A stretch of DNA of 64,000 nucleotides from a virus (IMGVR_UViG_3300034157_000066), one strand, 5' to 3'; numbered from the stretch's first letter, positions 25,710 to 35,256 are shown. Made by a program: numbers and translations. The notes: a model not told the origin generated them from the sequence alone.

Positions 25710-26264
25710 ATGACTCAGGTTAAAATCAATTTGAACAATGCGAAAGATGCTCAGTCAGCCGTTAATGCTGTGTTGTCTATTCAGTTGAAACTGGAAAAAA
25801 TTGTAGCGGCACTGCAGCATACCAATGCTACTCCTGACTACAAATACCTGATCAATTATATGGTTGGCCCAGTTGGTATGGCTATCTCGGTTAGTTCAAC
25901 CGAGTTGACAGAAGAAGGTTGCCACTTGGGTAATCGTTTGGCGGATGCTGGTGTTTTGGAACTCAAACATGAGAAACCTTACGCTGAAATTTCGACGGCA
26001 ACGCTTGATTACATGATTGATGAACACATGAAAAACAATACGCTGGTTATTAAAGGTTCTGATATTCGTTATTACCCAAAAGAACCTGTCAAAAACCAAC
26101 GTTGGGCCACATTGACTGATGATGTTAAAATCATCGTGACCAAGCTGGAACTGACTAATGAAGATCATCAGGAATTCCGTGAACGTCAAATGAAAGAAGC
26201 TCTTGCTGCTGTTGCAAAGCTTGGTTACACCATTGATGAAACCGGGACACTGGTCGTTGTTTAA
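25710..26264 (+). CDS. hypothetical protein (184 aa); distant paralog of 39301..39876
   Basis: RBS AAGGATACgccaccATG; shared block L.IKGSD(I/V)R(Y/F)..K........W..LTD.V.I(I/V)VT(K/R)L; terminator aaggccgactagttcggtcttttttt ~26285. Confidence 0.65.
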   Translation: MTQVKINLNNAKDAQSAVNAVLSIQLKLEKIVAALQHTNATPDYKYLINYMVGPVGMAISVSSTELTEEGCHLGNRLADAGVLELKHEKPYAEISTATLDYMIDEHMKNNTLVIKGSDIRYYPKEPVKNQRWATLTDDVKIIVTKLELTNEDHQEFRERQMKEALAAVAKLGYTIDETGTLVVV

Positions 26265-26433
26265 AACAGTTGAACGATACAAAAAGGCCGACTAGTTCGG
26301 TCTTTTTTTTGTCTATAAAAAATCTATAATTACAGAATGTTATTTTAAAACGGAATTATGACGACATTAAAAAAATCATGTTGTTTATTTTTTGTATTTG
26401 TTATATAATTTGGAAAATTGGAGACTTTAAAAT

Positions 26434-27000
26434 ATGTGTATATCCATTAGAAAAATTGGGCTTGGTTATGATGTTCAGTCAGTTTACAAAGAAAAGCTAG
26501 CTGACAATTATAATTATAAATCTTTGCCCAAAAACAAGATGTTTCATAATTTTTTTACGCTGGATCGTGAAAATGTTCGATTTGTTATTGGATCTGACAG
26601 CAACAATGGCATTTCTATGATGGCTTATACGGAATCTGTTGACACCAATAAGATTAATGACATTTATGTGCGTTATCTGGAATTATTCTTCAAAAATAAA
26701 TACGACCCAATGCCAGAACATGCTAGAAAATCTATGTCCTCTGATAAGGATATTACTATTTTGAATGGTGCTAGTGATTCATCAGGTGATATGGTAATTC
26801 TAGGCACAATGCTTGATCCTAAAGATCCTGAAAAAACGGTTTGGATGGCTATTTTACTTTCTCCAATAAGATTAGGATATAGAGTTCCTACCAGAACGCA
26901 ATACAGTCGTACATCTTCTGGTGATAAATCTAGCTCGATAGACCTTTGGGATGTAATTGGCACAGCCGGGACAGTGGCAGGGCTTTTTAGTTTGTTCTAA
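26434..27000 (+). CDS. hypothetical protein with C-terminal hydrophobic tail (188 aa)
   Basis: RBS aattGGAGActttaaaatATG; promoter ttaTATAAT ~26402. Confidence 0.55.
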   Translation: MCISIRKIGLGYDVQSVYKEKLADNYNYKSLPKNKMFHNFFTLDRENVRFVIGSDSNNGISMMAYTESVDTNKINDIYVRYLELFFKNKYDPMPEHARKSMSSDKDITILNGASDSSGDMVILGTMLDPKDPEKTVWMAILLSPIRLGYRVPTRTQYSRTSSGDKSSSIDLWDVIGTAGTVAGLFSLF

Positions 27001-27018
27001 TTGTTAAATTTTAAGCAC

Positions 27019-27050
27019 AAAAAAAGGTGTCCTAAGACACCTTTTCTTTT
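27019..27050. terminator. bidirectional terminator (ggtgtcctaagacacc hairpin with A-run 5' and T-run 3')
   Basis: cacaaaaaaaggtgtcctaagacaccttttctttttc sits between convergent 26434..27000 (+) and 27067..27189 (-). Confidence 0.7.
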
Positions 27051-27066
27051 TCAACTTACCGGAGAA

Positions 27067-27189
27067 TTACATCTCCTTGAGGTAAGCACGCTTATCGCGT
27101 TTGTTTTTGTCTTTGCGTTTTTTGTCTACATGAGTAGCCGCCTTATTGACGGTGTTCATGTGTTTCGCTACGAAGTTTTGAATTTGCAT
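27067..27189 (-). CDS. tiny highly basic protein (40 aa) on minus strand, not in ORF track
   Basis: Perfect RBS GAGGTGAtaccATG on minus strand; MQIQNFVAKHMNTVNKAATHVDKKRKDKNKRDKRAYLKEM; ends at bidirectional terminator. Confidence 0.5.
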   Translation of the reverse strand: MQIQNFVAKHMNTVNKAATHVDKKRKDKNKRDKRAYLKEM

Positions 27190-27357
27190 GGTATCACCTC
27201 AATAAGTTTTGTTTGGTTGTTTTGTTTCAGTGGGATTATTATACCAACATTTTAGGATTTTGAAAAGTGTTTTTTGATTTATTTTTTAAAAAAACTCCTT
27301 TTTATCTTGGATGTTCTTTGCTATAATAGCTGAAATCATTAAGTAAAGGGCTTCAAC

Positions 27358-27525
27358 ATGGCAGTTTGCAAATGTGTTAAATGTGGTGGCAAAGATGAAG
27401 CTGTTATTTGCAACAAAATGGTAGCCTTGCGGGGTGCGGTTTACCTGCAAGACAACTTCAATATTGGTGTCTTTGTTGTGGCTATTGTCTTGTGTGTGTG
27501 CGGACTTCTTGGCGTATTTAGCTAA
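27358..27525 (+). CDS. small Cys-rich membrane peptide (55 aa), not in ORF track
   Basis: Promoter tgcTATAAT ~27320-27328, RBS taAAGGGcttcaacATG; MAVCKCVKCGGKDEAVICNKM...hydrophobic C-term. Confidence 0.45.
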   Translation: MAVCKCVKCGGKDEAVICNKMVALRGAVYLQDNFNIGVFVVAIVLCVCGLLGVFS

Positions 27526-27587
27526 TTTTACGTTGACTTAAAAATTAGTTTTCTGTATACTCAACTTTCAACTTTTGGAGTTCTACC

Positions 27588-28094
27588 ATGCTGACTGCCA
27601 TTAAAGAAAAAGTATTCCTGACCTTTCAAACACTGTTTCCTGCTGAAATCTATCAGATGTCGCAAGCTGCAGTGAAAGCCGCTGATCAAGAACGGCGTGA
27701 ACGTGAAAACGCCTTTGAACATGTTGTCTTTCAAGAATTGGTTAACAAACCCGTTATTGCTGTGGGCAATGACTGGTCTAATCCGGTTATCGGCATCGGG
27801 CTTGAAGTTCAAGGCGTTTCCAAGGCTAATCGGCCCCACCTTGTCATCAAAGACTATGTGTCTGGTGAAGAAGTCATGCCATACGGTGCTGTGATGGAAT
27901 ACAATGAAACTCGTTTTGACGCCATCATGAAACTGACCCCGGCTGAAATAACCAGTCTGGTTTATCGTTATTCTACCCCGCAAACTGTGCGTGAGGATCA
28001 GAAAGATAAACGCGATTCGCGGGAAGTCATTCTTCAAAAACTGACTACCAATGGTTTCTTTGACGCTATCGCCGTTGTTAAGGCCGATGAATAA
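27588..28094 (+). CDS. hypothetical protein (168 aa)
   Basis: Promoter ctgTATACT ~27553, RBS ttttGGAGttctaccATG, terminator 28095-28115. Confidence 0.65.
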   Translation: MLTAIKEKVFLTFQTLFPAEIYQMSQAAVKAADQERRERENAFEHVVFQELVNKPVIAVGNDWSNPVIGIGLEVQGVSKANRPHLVIKDYVSGEEVMPYGAVMEYNETRFDAIMKLTPAEITSLVYRYSTPQTVREDQKDKRDSREVILQKLTTNGFFDAIAVVKADE

Positions 28095-28115
28095 GACCGC
28101 TTCGGCGGTTTTTTC
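28095..28115 (+). terminator. rho-independent terminator (CUUCGG hairpin)
   Basis: gaccgcttcggcggttttttc. Confidence 0.75.
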
Positions 28116-28198
28116 ATTTTAATGCAAAATGTTGTTGTCAAAAATGATATTTTCCATTATAATCTGTTCATCAAAACACATCATCAAGGATTAAAAAA

Positions 28199-28516
28199 AT
28201 GCCTTTCAACTTTGAAAAAAAGCCTTTGGTCTACGTCTCTGACACCCTGACCAGCACGAAACGTGTTTGGGTTAATTGCACGACTTCGATGCTTTTCAAG
28301 CAAGGTGAAGCTTCGGCACTGCTGAAATCTCAGTTCTATGCACTGGACTGCATTTCTTGCTGGGGTGGTCGTGATAAGGTGGACGAGCAATGTTCTGATG
28401 GTTCGCTGACTTCTTCGTGGGAAGTCCCCGCCGAGTTTGTTCCTGCCATGCAGCATATGATCATGAAATTCAAATGGGAAGAAGAAAACTTCTTCTTGAA
28501 AGCTGATAAAAGCTGA
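28199..28516 (+). CDS. hypothetical protein (105 aa)
   Basis: Promoter aaaatgttgttgtcaaaaatg...ccatTATAAT, RBS caAGGAttaaaaaaATG; terminator aagccctcttcggaggttttttt ~28530. Confidence 0.65.
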   Translation: MPFNFEKKPLVYVSDTLTSTKRVWVNCTTSMLFKQGEASALLKSQFYALDCISCWGGRDKVDEQCSDGSLTSSWEVPAEFVPAMQHMIMKFKWEEENFFLKADKS

Positions 28517-28576
28517 AAAAATTCAATAAAAGCCCTCTTCGGAGGTTTTTTTGATTATCATACAGGAGAACTTGCT

Positions 28577-28768
28577 ATGAATGTATGGACCGATGAACAC
28601 CCAACAGAACCCGGTTATTACTGGATAAAACGTGCTGTGACTGGTAGTAAAGATATTGTTTACCTGACCAAAGAAAGGCTTGTTCTTGAAGTCGGTAGTC
28701 GTAAACCAATCTCATCTTATTACGACATTAAAGCATGGGGTTCTAAAGTCGATGAACCAGATGAATAA
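28577..28768 (+). CDS. hypothetical protein (63 aa)
   Basis: RBS acAGGAGAacttgctATG. Confidence 0.6.
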   Translation: MNVWTDEHPTEPGYYWIKRAVTGSKDIVYLTKERLVLEVGSRKPISSYYDIKAWGSKVDEPDE

Positions 28769-28887
28769 TCATCCATTTTTTTTAAATAAGAAAGACTACA
28801 GCTATTTTTCATTTAAAAATGAGTTTTTTGTTGTAATTTGCCTCATTCTTTGTTAAAATAAACAAACGAAATTAGGAATTACCGACA

Positions 28888-29286
28888 ATGTTTACTAACG
28901 AATTTTTAAATAGCCCGATGGGACAAGCTGCAATGGATTACGCCGAACAGGTGTATGCGTCCAGCTATAAGGCCGAAGAATTCACCCTCGCCCAAAACCC
29001 AGAAATGCTTGATGAGCTGGTTTCTTATCACATGGAACCAGTTTACAAGCATCAACCGGCTGACCCCTTGTTTTTGGATGATGATGAGTTTTTTGACTCG
29101 CCTGACAGCCCAGACTTGGAAATCATCCATGAAGGAATGAGCCGTGAAGAAGCCGAGGCAATGGCAAAGGTTTCGACCTATGTTTGGCTCGTTAACTACA
29201 AGGGCGAAGGGGAAGGTTTCATTCTCAAAGAACTGGCATCAAAACTGAGCCGTTACAATGGTAAATGGAACTACTCAGAAGATTGA
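28888..29286 (+). CDS. hypothetical acidic protein (132 aa)
   Basis: RBS ttAGGAattaccgacaATG. Confidence 0.55.
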   Translation: MFTNEFLNSPMGQAAMDYAEQVYASSYKAEEFTLAQNPEMLDELVSYHMEPVYKHQPADPLFLDDDEFFDSPDSPDLEIIHEGMSREEAEAMAKVSTYVWLVNYKGEGEGFILKELASKLSRYNGKWNYSED

Positions 29287-29397
29287 AATCAGATTTAAAG
29301 ACAGCAATCTAGTAATAGGTTGCTTTTTTTTGCAAAAAAAATATTCCTAAAAAAGCTTTGTTATGTTATAATCGACAAAATTTAAAGGATATCAACC

Positions 29398-29976
29398 ATG
29401 AATGAACATTCAGTTTTGAATACGAAAGATGAACAGTTGGCTCAAGAAGTCGGTATTGCGGTAGCTCGCACTATGTTCAAAGACCACCAGAACACTAAAT
29501 ATCAGTCATTCTTGTTCTCTTGGAAGACGCATGGCAGTATAGTGGCTGAAATGGCATCGGGCAAACTGTTTATTTATTTCCGCTCTATTCCAGCGAACTA
29601 TGTAGCTTTGCAAGCTATCACGGCAGACGCCGCACTTAATGAATGGAATAAATTGGTCAGTAATTCACCCGACTCGTTGCCTGTTGCTGTTTTCACCGTT
29701 GACGAAATTGTGGAGCAATCAAAACAGTATTTCCATCGTTTCTACGAAACCCTTGAAATTGAATTCGCACGGAAATACACGCAAGAACATACAAAAGCTA
29801 ATGACCTTGACTGGAAGGTTGTTTTCAATCATTTGCACACGCCGCTTTATGTGTATAACAAAGGCATTGAGAAACTGGAAGAGATTGTGCGATATAAAGG
29901 TTTTTCAGTAGAAGAATCTGACACTATTTTCCAAAACGTGCGGCCTTATTTGAAGCGTCTTTACATTGAAGATTAA
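29398..29976 (+). CDS. hypothetical protein (192 aa)
   Basis: Promoter tgTTATAAT ~29360-29368, RBS aAAGGATAtcaaccATG; terminator aagacctagcttcggctaggtttttt 29984-30010. Confidence 0.65.
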   Translation: MNEHSVLNTKDEQLAQEVGIAVARTMFKDHQNTKYQSFLFSWKTHGSIVAEMASGKLFIYFRSIPANYVALQAITADAALNEWNKLVSNSPDSLPVAVFTVDEIVEQSKQYFHRFYETLEIEFARKYTQEHTKANDLDWKVVFNHLHTPLYVYNKGIEKLEEIVRYKGFSVEESDTIFQNVRPYLKRLYIED

Positions 29977-30070
29977 AAAAAGACCTAGCTTCGGCTAGGT
30001 TTTTTGTTTTAATGTTTGCGTATTTTTCAGTTTTTTGATATCATTGCTCTCTACATTACAGAGGATACAC

Positions 30071-30511
30071 ATGATGGGCGTAGGCAAATATTCTCCAACT
30101 GTCAGCACTTCCTACCGTAAAGATCAAGATTGGTATGAAAAAAATGGCGGCGGTTTTAGCAATGGTAAAAACCCTGATTCCGATTACGATGATGATGGAT
30201 ACGATTCGTATGGCTATAATGCCGATGGTCGTGACCGTGCGGGTCATCATGAAAATGATTATTCTTCTAGTTTTGAATGGAATGGTAATTCAGAATGTTA
30301 CCCACTGCATGAGGATGTGCAATCGGAATGGGGTTGTCGTTGTATTCTTGCTATGCGTAAGGCCCGTGAAGAAGCTGCTACTAATCCAGAAATGCAAGAA
30401 GCCTTCCGTCAGCTTGCAGAAGTTCAAGACATTCTCCGAAAAGCTGCTGAGATTGAGCGTGGATTGAAAGCCGATATTACTAAGGCTTATCCTGACCTTC
30501 TGCTCGATTGA
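30071..30511 (+). CDS. hypothetical Asp/Gly/Tyr-rich protein (146 aa), paralog A
   Basis: RBS aGAGGATACacATG; track ORF 30035 trimmed; paralog of 30622..31194. Confidence 0.65.
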   Translation: MMGVGKYSPTVSTSYRKDQDWYEKNGGGFSNGKNPDSDYDDDGYDSYGYNADGRDRAGHHENDYSSSFEWNGNSECYPLHEDVQSEWGCRCILAMRKAREEAATNPEMQEAFRQLAEVQDILRKAAEIERGLKADITKAYPDLLLD

Positions 30512-30621
30512 TTTTGTCAATACGATTAAAGACCTAGCTTCGGCTAGGTTTTTTTGTTTTAATGGTTGCTTATTTTTCAGTTTTTTGATAGTATATAATT
30601 CTAATTAAAGAGGATACACAC

Positions 30622-31194
30622 ATGGGCGTTGGAAAATATTCCCCAACTGTTAGCCGCTCTTACAGTCAAGACCAAGAATGGTTTGAGAAAAACGGCGGTG
30701 GCTTTGGTAATGGTCTGATGCCAGAATCTCAATTTGATAATCAGGGTTATGATTCGTATGGCTATTCCGGTTATACTGAACTTGATCGGGCTGGTTACAG
30801 TGAGAATGATTACCTGAATGATTCTTATGGTGATGACCAACGTGGTATCTATGACCGTGTTCGTGACTTGTGGGATCATTACAATGTGCCCACCATTCTC
30901 GACATGGCGATGATTGTTGCTACAAAAGTTGAAAATGACAAGCTTTTCGCCTTTAACCATGCGAAAATGGTAACGGTTATCAATATCTATGAAGCCGCCA
31001 ACACAGCCAAACACCAGTTGGATCAAACCTTCAAAATGGGAGCTGGTGCCGAAGGTAACGAAATGTATCAAAAAGAGTTCAAAGAATTTTTCAATGAAGT
31101 CGCCAAAAACATTGCCGAACACAGTGTTTTCTTGGAAGAGTTTTATGATAAATTCCTGACAGATTTCATCCAGCTTCAAAAGGCTTTTAAATAG
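30622..31194 (+). CDS. hypothetical protein (190 aa), paralog B
   Basis: RBS aGAGGATACacacATG; shared N-terminal 60 aa with 30071 product. Confidence 0.7.
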   Translation: MGVGKYSPTVSRSYSQDQEWFEKNGGGFGNGLMPESQFDNQGYDSYGYSGYTELDRAGYSENDYLNDSYGDDQRGIYDRVRDLWDHYNVPTILDMAMIVATKVENDKLFAFNHAKMVTVINIYEAANTAKHQLDQTFKMGAGAEGNEMYQKEFKEFFNEVAKNIAEHSVFLEEFYDKFLTDFIQLQKAFK

Positions 31195-31268
31195 CCAAAT
31201 ACGTTAAAAATGTTTGTTATGTCTCACAAAGAATGCTATAATCAATTTTCAATTTAAGAGGTGTTACC

Positions 31269-31502
31269 ATGAAAAGCCAACTTCAAGAAGACCAAGCAGA
31301 ATCGCAATCGACCAACACTGTTGAAGCCAAAGCGGTTGCCATGCTGATGGCTCGCAATGAGCGTCTTACTTCCCTGTTGGGTTGCCTTGTCGAAAGCATT
31401 ACTACCGACACCGAAGGTAAAGAAATCAGTGAACAACTGAAAGCTGACCTTGATCTGGCTAACCAGACGCTTGATGAGTATGAACAAACCCCGCTTTATT
31501 AA
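31269..31502 (+). CDS. hypothetical acidic protein (77 aa)
   Basis: Promoter tgcTATAAT ~31232-31240, RBS aAGAGGTGttaccATG. Confidence 0.65.
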   Translation: MKSQLQEDQAESQSTNTVEAKAVAMLMARNERLTSLLGCLVESITTDTEGKEISEQLKADLDLANQTLDEYEQTPLY

Positions 31503-31580
31503 TAAATAAAGCTTGTTTTAAAAGGTAATATTTGCTACACTTGCTTTTCACTAATCTAAACTAAATAAGGATACACATCA

Positions 31581-32435
31581 ATGCTTAAAAAGATTTTTGC
31601 TTCTCTTGTTCTTCTGGCATCAGTTGCCCTCAGTGGGTGTTCTGAAACCGTAGACGCTGGTTTTGTTGGTGTTGTTGAAAAACATCCCTACGTTGGTCCG
31701 GGTGGTGTAGAGAAAGAATTTTACAAAGGTGGTGATCGCTACTATATCTCGCCAACCTCCATCATGCACCGCTATGACATTAAACCTATTCAGAAAGAAG
31801 AAGCGTTTAATGACTTGGCAACCATTAACTCGACTCCGGTAGACTTTAAAGCGGTGGTTCGTTATGAAATCATTCCTGAAAAAGCTTACATCTACCATGA
31901 AAGCTTTGGTAATGCGATGTATGATAATAACTTGAAAAAAGACTTTCAAAACATGCTTCGTGACTTTGCTCGAAAACACACTGTGAAGCAACTCACTACA
32001 GAACAGACAGTGACTGACGCAGGTGAAGACGATGTTTACAAGAAAATGGTTGACATTGTTGTAGCAAAAGGCATTCCGGTTCGAATTTTGGCTGTAACTA
32101 TCGGTGCAATTATGCCACCCGATGAAGTTCTTGCAGAAACTGCTCGGACAGAAGCTCAAATTCAACGTGCATTAACTGAAATTGAACGAGCATCTGCTGA
32201 AACTCAGCGAAAAGAAGCTGAAACCAACAAAGCTGCTGCTGACAATGAATACATGAGCAAAATGAAAATGACACCTGAGCAATACTTGCGAGGTCGTGAA
32301 ATTGATAACCAGCGTGAAATTGTTGAAACGGTCAAAAAGAAAGATAACGTCAACATGTTGATTGTCTTGGGTGGTGGTGGTTCCCTTCCACAAGGGGTAA
32401 CAGTTCCACAGCCAATCGTTCAACCAAAGCAGTAA
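31581..32435 (+). CDS. SPFH/band-7 (prohibitin/HflK-like) domain lipoprotein (284 aa)
   Basis: Lipobox LSGC; TVDAGFVGVVEK start typical of SPFH domain entry; C-terminal Ala/Glu/Gln-rich coiled-coil; terminator aaaggccaactagtggccttttttg ~32447-32475. Confidence 0.5.
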   Translation: MLKKIFASLVLLASVALSGCSETVDAGFVGVVEKHPYVGPGGVEKEFYKGGDRYYISPTSIMHRYDIKPIQKEEAFNDLATINSTPVDFKAVVRYEIIPEKAYIYHESFGNAMYDNNLKKDFQNMLRDFARKHTVKQLTTEQTVTDAGEDDVYKKMVDIVVAKGIPVRILAVTIGAIMPPDEVLAETARTEAQIQRALTEIERASAETQRKEAETNKAAADNEYMSKMKMTPEQYLRGREIDNQREIVETVKKKDNVNMLIVLGGGGSLPQGVTVPQPIVQPKQ

Positions 32436-32492
32436 ATAAGCAATAAGAAAAAAGGCCAACTAGTGGCCTTTTTTGTTGTCTTTAATTAAGTA

Positions 32493-32960
32493 TTAAAGGT
32501 TAGGGTAGCGGCATATTTTATAGTAGTTATACTTGGTATCAGCTCTATTAAATGCTCCTAATACATAAGTGTATTGACCAGCAATAAATGGGAAATATTT
32601 ATTTTGAGTATATACACTGTCTATAACTATTGTGTTAGTCCATTTAATATATCTAATCATGCCTATTGGATAAGGTGTTGATGTATTAAATGTCATTGCA
32701 TAGTTAGAACTTTCTGAATAGTTTTGGCATGTATACCCTGCCCTATCTTCGTCCTTTGGTGGCACTGGCGGTTCAGGAATTACAGGGACTTCTGGCTCAG
32801 GCGGTATTGGTGGTGTTTCTGGATTTGTAGGCGGTTTGATCTTTGAAAATACGATGTCACCTTCATTTAAGTGAGCTTTTGGATGAATGACCACTTGATA
32901 ACTTGCATTCGCTATTGTTGTTACAGCCAATAAAGAGGCTATCATTATTATTTTTTTCAT
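32493..32960 (-). CDS. secreted protein (155 aa): signal peptide, Pro-rich linker, Cys-bounded aromatic C-terminal domain (...YYKICRYPNL)
   Basis: MKKIIMIASLLAVTTIANA|SYQVVIHPKA; PPTNPETPPIPPEPEVPVIPEPPVPP; own minus-strand promoter tgtatTATAAT ~32975-32990; C-term aligns with 8515/16311/56048 C-termini. Confidence 0.7.
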   Translation of the reverse strand: MKKIIMIASLLAVTTIANASYQVVIHPKAHLNEGDIVFSKIKPPTNPETPPIPPEPEVPVIPEPPVPPKDEDRAGYTCQNYSESSNYAMTFNTSTPYPIGMIRYIKWTNTIVIDSVYTQNKYFPFIAGQYTYVLGAFNRADTKYNYYKICRYPNL

Positions 32961-33110
32961 ATTTTATTTTTATTGTTCTTAATATTATAATACATCTATT
33001 TAATAAAATAACAACATAGCCAGTAATTACGGAAGTTTTTCTAAAAAAATATTGTCATTTTTCAGTTTTTGTTGTATAATTATTCCACACTTATGTTGAG
33101 AGGATTTACC

Positions 33111-33365
33111 ATGACTACCGTTCAAACTCCAAAAGAAAGCGTGATTGAAGAAGCTACTGACATGATCGACCGTGTTCTTGCTGACGCTCGGGCTAAACTG
33201 CTGAAAGCTGTTGAATGTGGTGCCCTGAACATCACCGAAGATACCTCGACACACATTGCCCTTGGTAAAGTTGTTGCCAAAGCTGTTTTGCTGGATGCTA
33301 TCGACAATCAGTTGACTTTGGGTAAACGTGATAAAGAAGTCAAGAACCTTCGCAGCCAGATTTAA
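33111..33365 (+). CDS. hypothetical protein (84 aa)
   Basis: Promoter ttgTATAAT ~33072-33080, RBS ttGAGAGGAtttaccATG; terminator aagcaggctttcggggctgcttttttt. Confidence 0.65.
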   Translation: MTTVQTPKESVIEEATDMIDRVLADARAKLLKAVECGALNITEDTSTHIALGKVVAKAVLLDAIDNQLTLGKRDKEVKNLRSQI

Positions 33366-33492
33366 GCAGTAGCGACGTTCAAAAAAGCAGGCTTTCGGGG
33401 CTGCTTTTTTTTGACTTAAAATAAGATAAATGTTGTTTTTGTTTTTCATCCTTGTTATAATTGCTCCATCAAAACCAAAGGGGTTTACCATC

Positions 33493-33771
33493 ATGTCTAT
33501 CACTACTGTAACCGTCACTTTTAAAGTCGATACTGTTCTTCGTGACGATACCACTGACTTCTTTCATTTGGACGCTGAAATCCATCATAAGAATGTTTAT
33601 GAGTTTCAGGTGCTGAGCTATGACAAAGACCGTAAACTGTGTGTGGCGGAACTCTACTTGCACAGTGCAGTAGACGAAAGCAAACTGCCAACCCTTTTCG
33701 ATGGTTCCCGACTGTCGGTTAGCGTGGATTGCCGCGAAGTTGAATACTCAGGTTTGACGATTGCTGCATAA
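33493..33771 (+). CDS. hypothetical protein (92 aa)
   Basis: Promoter aaatgttgtttttg...tgTTATAAT 33428-33468, RBS aAAGGGGtttaccatcATG. Confidence 0.65.
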   Translation: MSITTVTVTFKVDTVLRDDTTDFFHLDAEIHHKNVYEFQVLSYDKDRKLCVAELYLHSAVDESKLPTLFDGSRLSVSVDCREVEYSGLTIAA

Positions 33772-33836
33772 GGTCAACAAGGTTATTAATCAGCAGTCCT
33801 TCTGGGCTGCTTTTTCTTTTTTTAAGGAGTTCACAG

Positions 33837-34019
33837 ATGTTAAAAGAAGATCTTTATCACTGGCAAGACACCCCAGAAGAAATGCAAAAATGCGACGAAG
33901 TATTCGAAAAATTTAACGCGGCTGGTTTGCTGGATGATTTGAAATACATCATTGATAAACGCATGGCAGACGCCCGTTCAGAAGAAGCGTATAATAATGC
34001 GAATTTTTCCGAAACGTAA
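33837..34019 (+). CDS. hypothetical protein (60 aa)
   Basis: RBS ttAAGGAGttcacagATG. Confidence 0.55.
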   Translation: MLKEDLYHWQDTPEEMQKCDEVFEKFNAAGLLDDLKYIIDKRMADARSEEAYNNANFSET

Positions 34020-34134
34020 CAAGCAATCATCTTCAAGAAATTTGTAGATATTTTTCAATAATCTGTTTTTTGACTTGCCTTCACTGCTGTATTTCGATAT
34101 AATAGCCCAACTCAAACCAGTAGAGATTTGAACC

Positions 34135-35256
34135 ATGTCCAGCATCTTCCCGCGTATTGAAACCCTTGATGATATGCTTCCTCACATCAAAGACCGTGCC
34201 TATATTTCTGTTAATAAACAGGATAACGGTGCCAACATCGTTTGCTATAACATCAGCAACGGCGACTCTTTCAACACTCCGGTTGAAAAGGAAGCTCGCG
34301 GTATTACCTTTGACGACAACGGTAAAATCCTGTCGCGTCCATTGCACAAATTCTTCAACTTGGCAGAGCGTGCAGAAGTCCAACCAGCCGTTTTGGATTG
34401 GAACACGATGGTCGCCGGGTTTGATAAAATGGATGGCTCCATGATTACCACAGGGCTGTTCAACGGCGAATTTTTTGCTAAGTCCAAGAAGTCTTTCAAA
34501 TCGGATGTGGCTGTTTCTGCAGAAAGTTTTGTGTCTCGTAACCAGAAATACTACGAGTTCACCAAATATTGCTCTCAGGCCCAACTGACCCCTATTTTTG
34601 AATTCACTTCGCCAAAACATCGTATCGTTTTGCGTTATGACGAAGACAACATGACACTTCTTCATGTTCGTCACAACATCACAGGCGATTACTTAATGCC
34701 TGCTGACAAAGACCAACTGGCGTTGTTGTTTGATATTCCTGTTAACAAGCCACTGTTTGGTGAAGAATTTGATTTGGCTGCTTTATTGAAGTCGCTGAAC
34801 ACTGTTGAAGGGATTGAAGGCTACGTTATTCAGTTCGTTAACGGTAACATGATCAAAATCAAAACCAAATGGTATATGAACCTCCATCATGCGGTTAGCT
34901 TTGTTCGTGAACGTGATATTGCTCGGTTGGTGGTTGAAGAAAAACTTGATGATTATATCGCTTATTTGTCGCTGAACTCGCCAACGGCTGATTTGAGTGA
35001 GATTTATCGAATCAATGACGCTATCAAAGCTTCGATTGAAGCGTTGTCGAAAGAAGTTGATGATATTGCTGCTGAATTCCAAGGTGTTGATGTGAAAACT
35101 GCAGCAATTCAGCTTAAAGGCCATAAACACTTTGGTTTTGTTATGGGTGCAATTCGTGGTCACAAAAACGACTACCTGTATCACTACTCTAAAAACCATC
35201 TGGTGGATTGGTCGTTGGAACAAATTGAGCTTGGCGACTTGTCAGCTCCGGTTTAA
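34135..35256 (+). CDS. rnlA: RNA ligase 1 family (T4 RnlA-like) paralog A, 373 aa
   Basis: KxDG adenylation motif (FDKMDGSM), RGITFD.NG...RP..KFFNL, EGYV.QF..G...KIKT.WY.NLHH blocks; same length (373-374 aa) as T4 Rnl1; promoter cgaTATAAT ~34096-34104; terminator aagccctgcacttgcggggcttttt ~35270. Confidence 0.8.
   Translation: MSSIFPRIETLDDMLPHIKDRAYISVNKQDNGANIVCYNISNGDSFNTPVEKEARGITFDDNGKILSRPLHKFFNLAERAEVQPAVLDWNTMVAGFDKMDGSMITTGLFNGEFFAKSKKSFKSDVAVSAESFVSRNQKYYEFTKYCSQAQLTPIFEFTSPKHRIVLRYDEDNMTLLHVRHNITGDYLMPADKDQLALLFDIPVNKPLFGEEFDLAALLKSLNTVEGIEGYVIQFVNGNMIKIKTKWYMNLHHAVSFVRERDIARLVVEEKLDDYIAYLSLNSPTADLSEIYRINDAIKASIEALSKEVDDIAAEFQGVDVKTAAIQLKGHKHFGFVMGAIRGHKNDYLYHYSKNHLVDWSLEQIELGDLSAPV

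Larger units (their letters stand above)
29985..31200 (+). repeat. tandem duplication of terminator-promoter-gene cassette (two units)
   Basis: 29985-30070 and 30526-30621 nearly identical (aagacctagcttcggctaggttttttgttttaatg.ttgc.tatttttcagttttttgata); encoded N-termini MGVGKYSPTVS.SY..DQ.W.EKNGGGF.NG shared. Confidence 0.8.
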
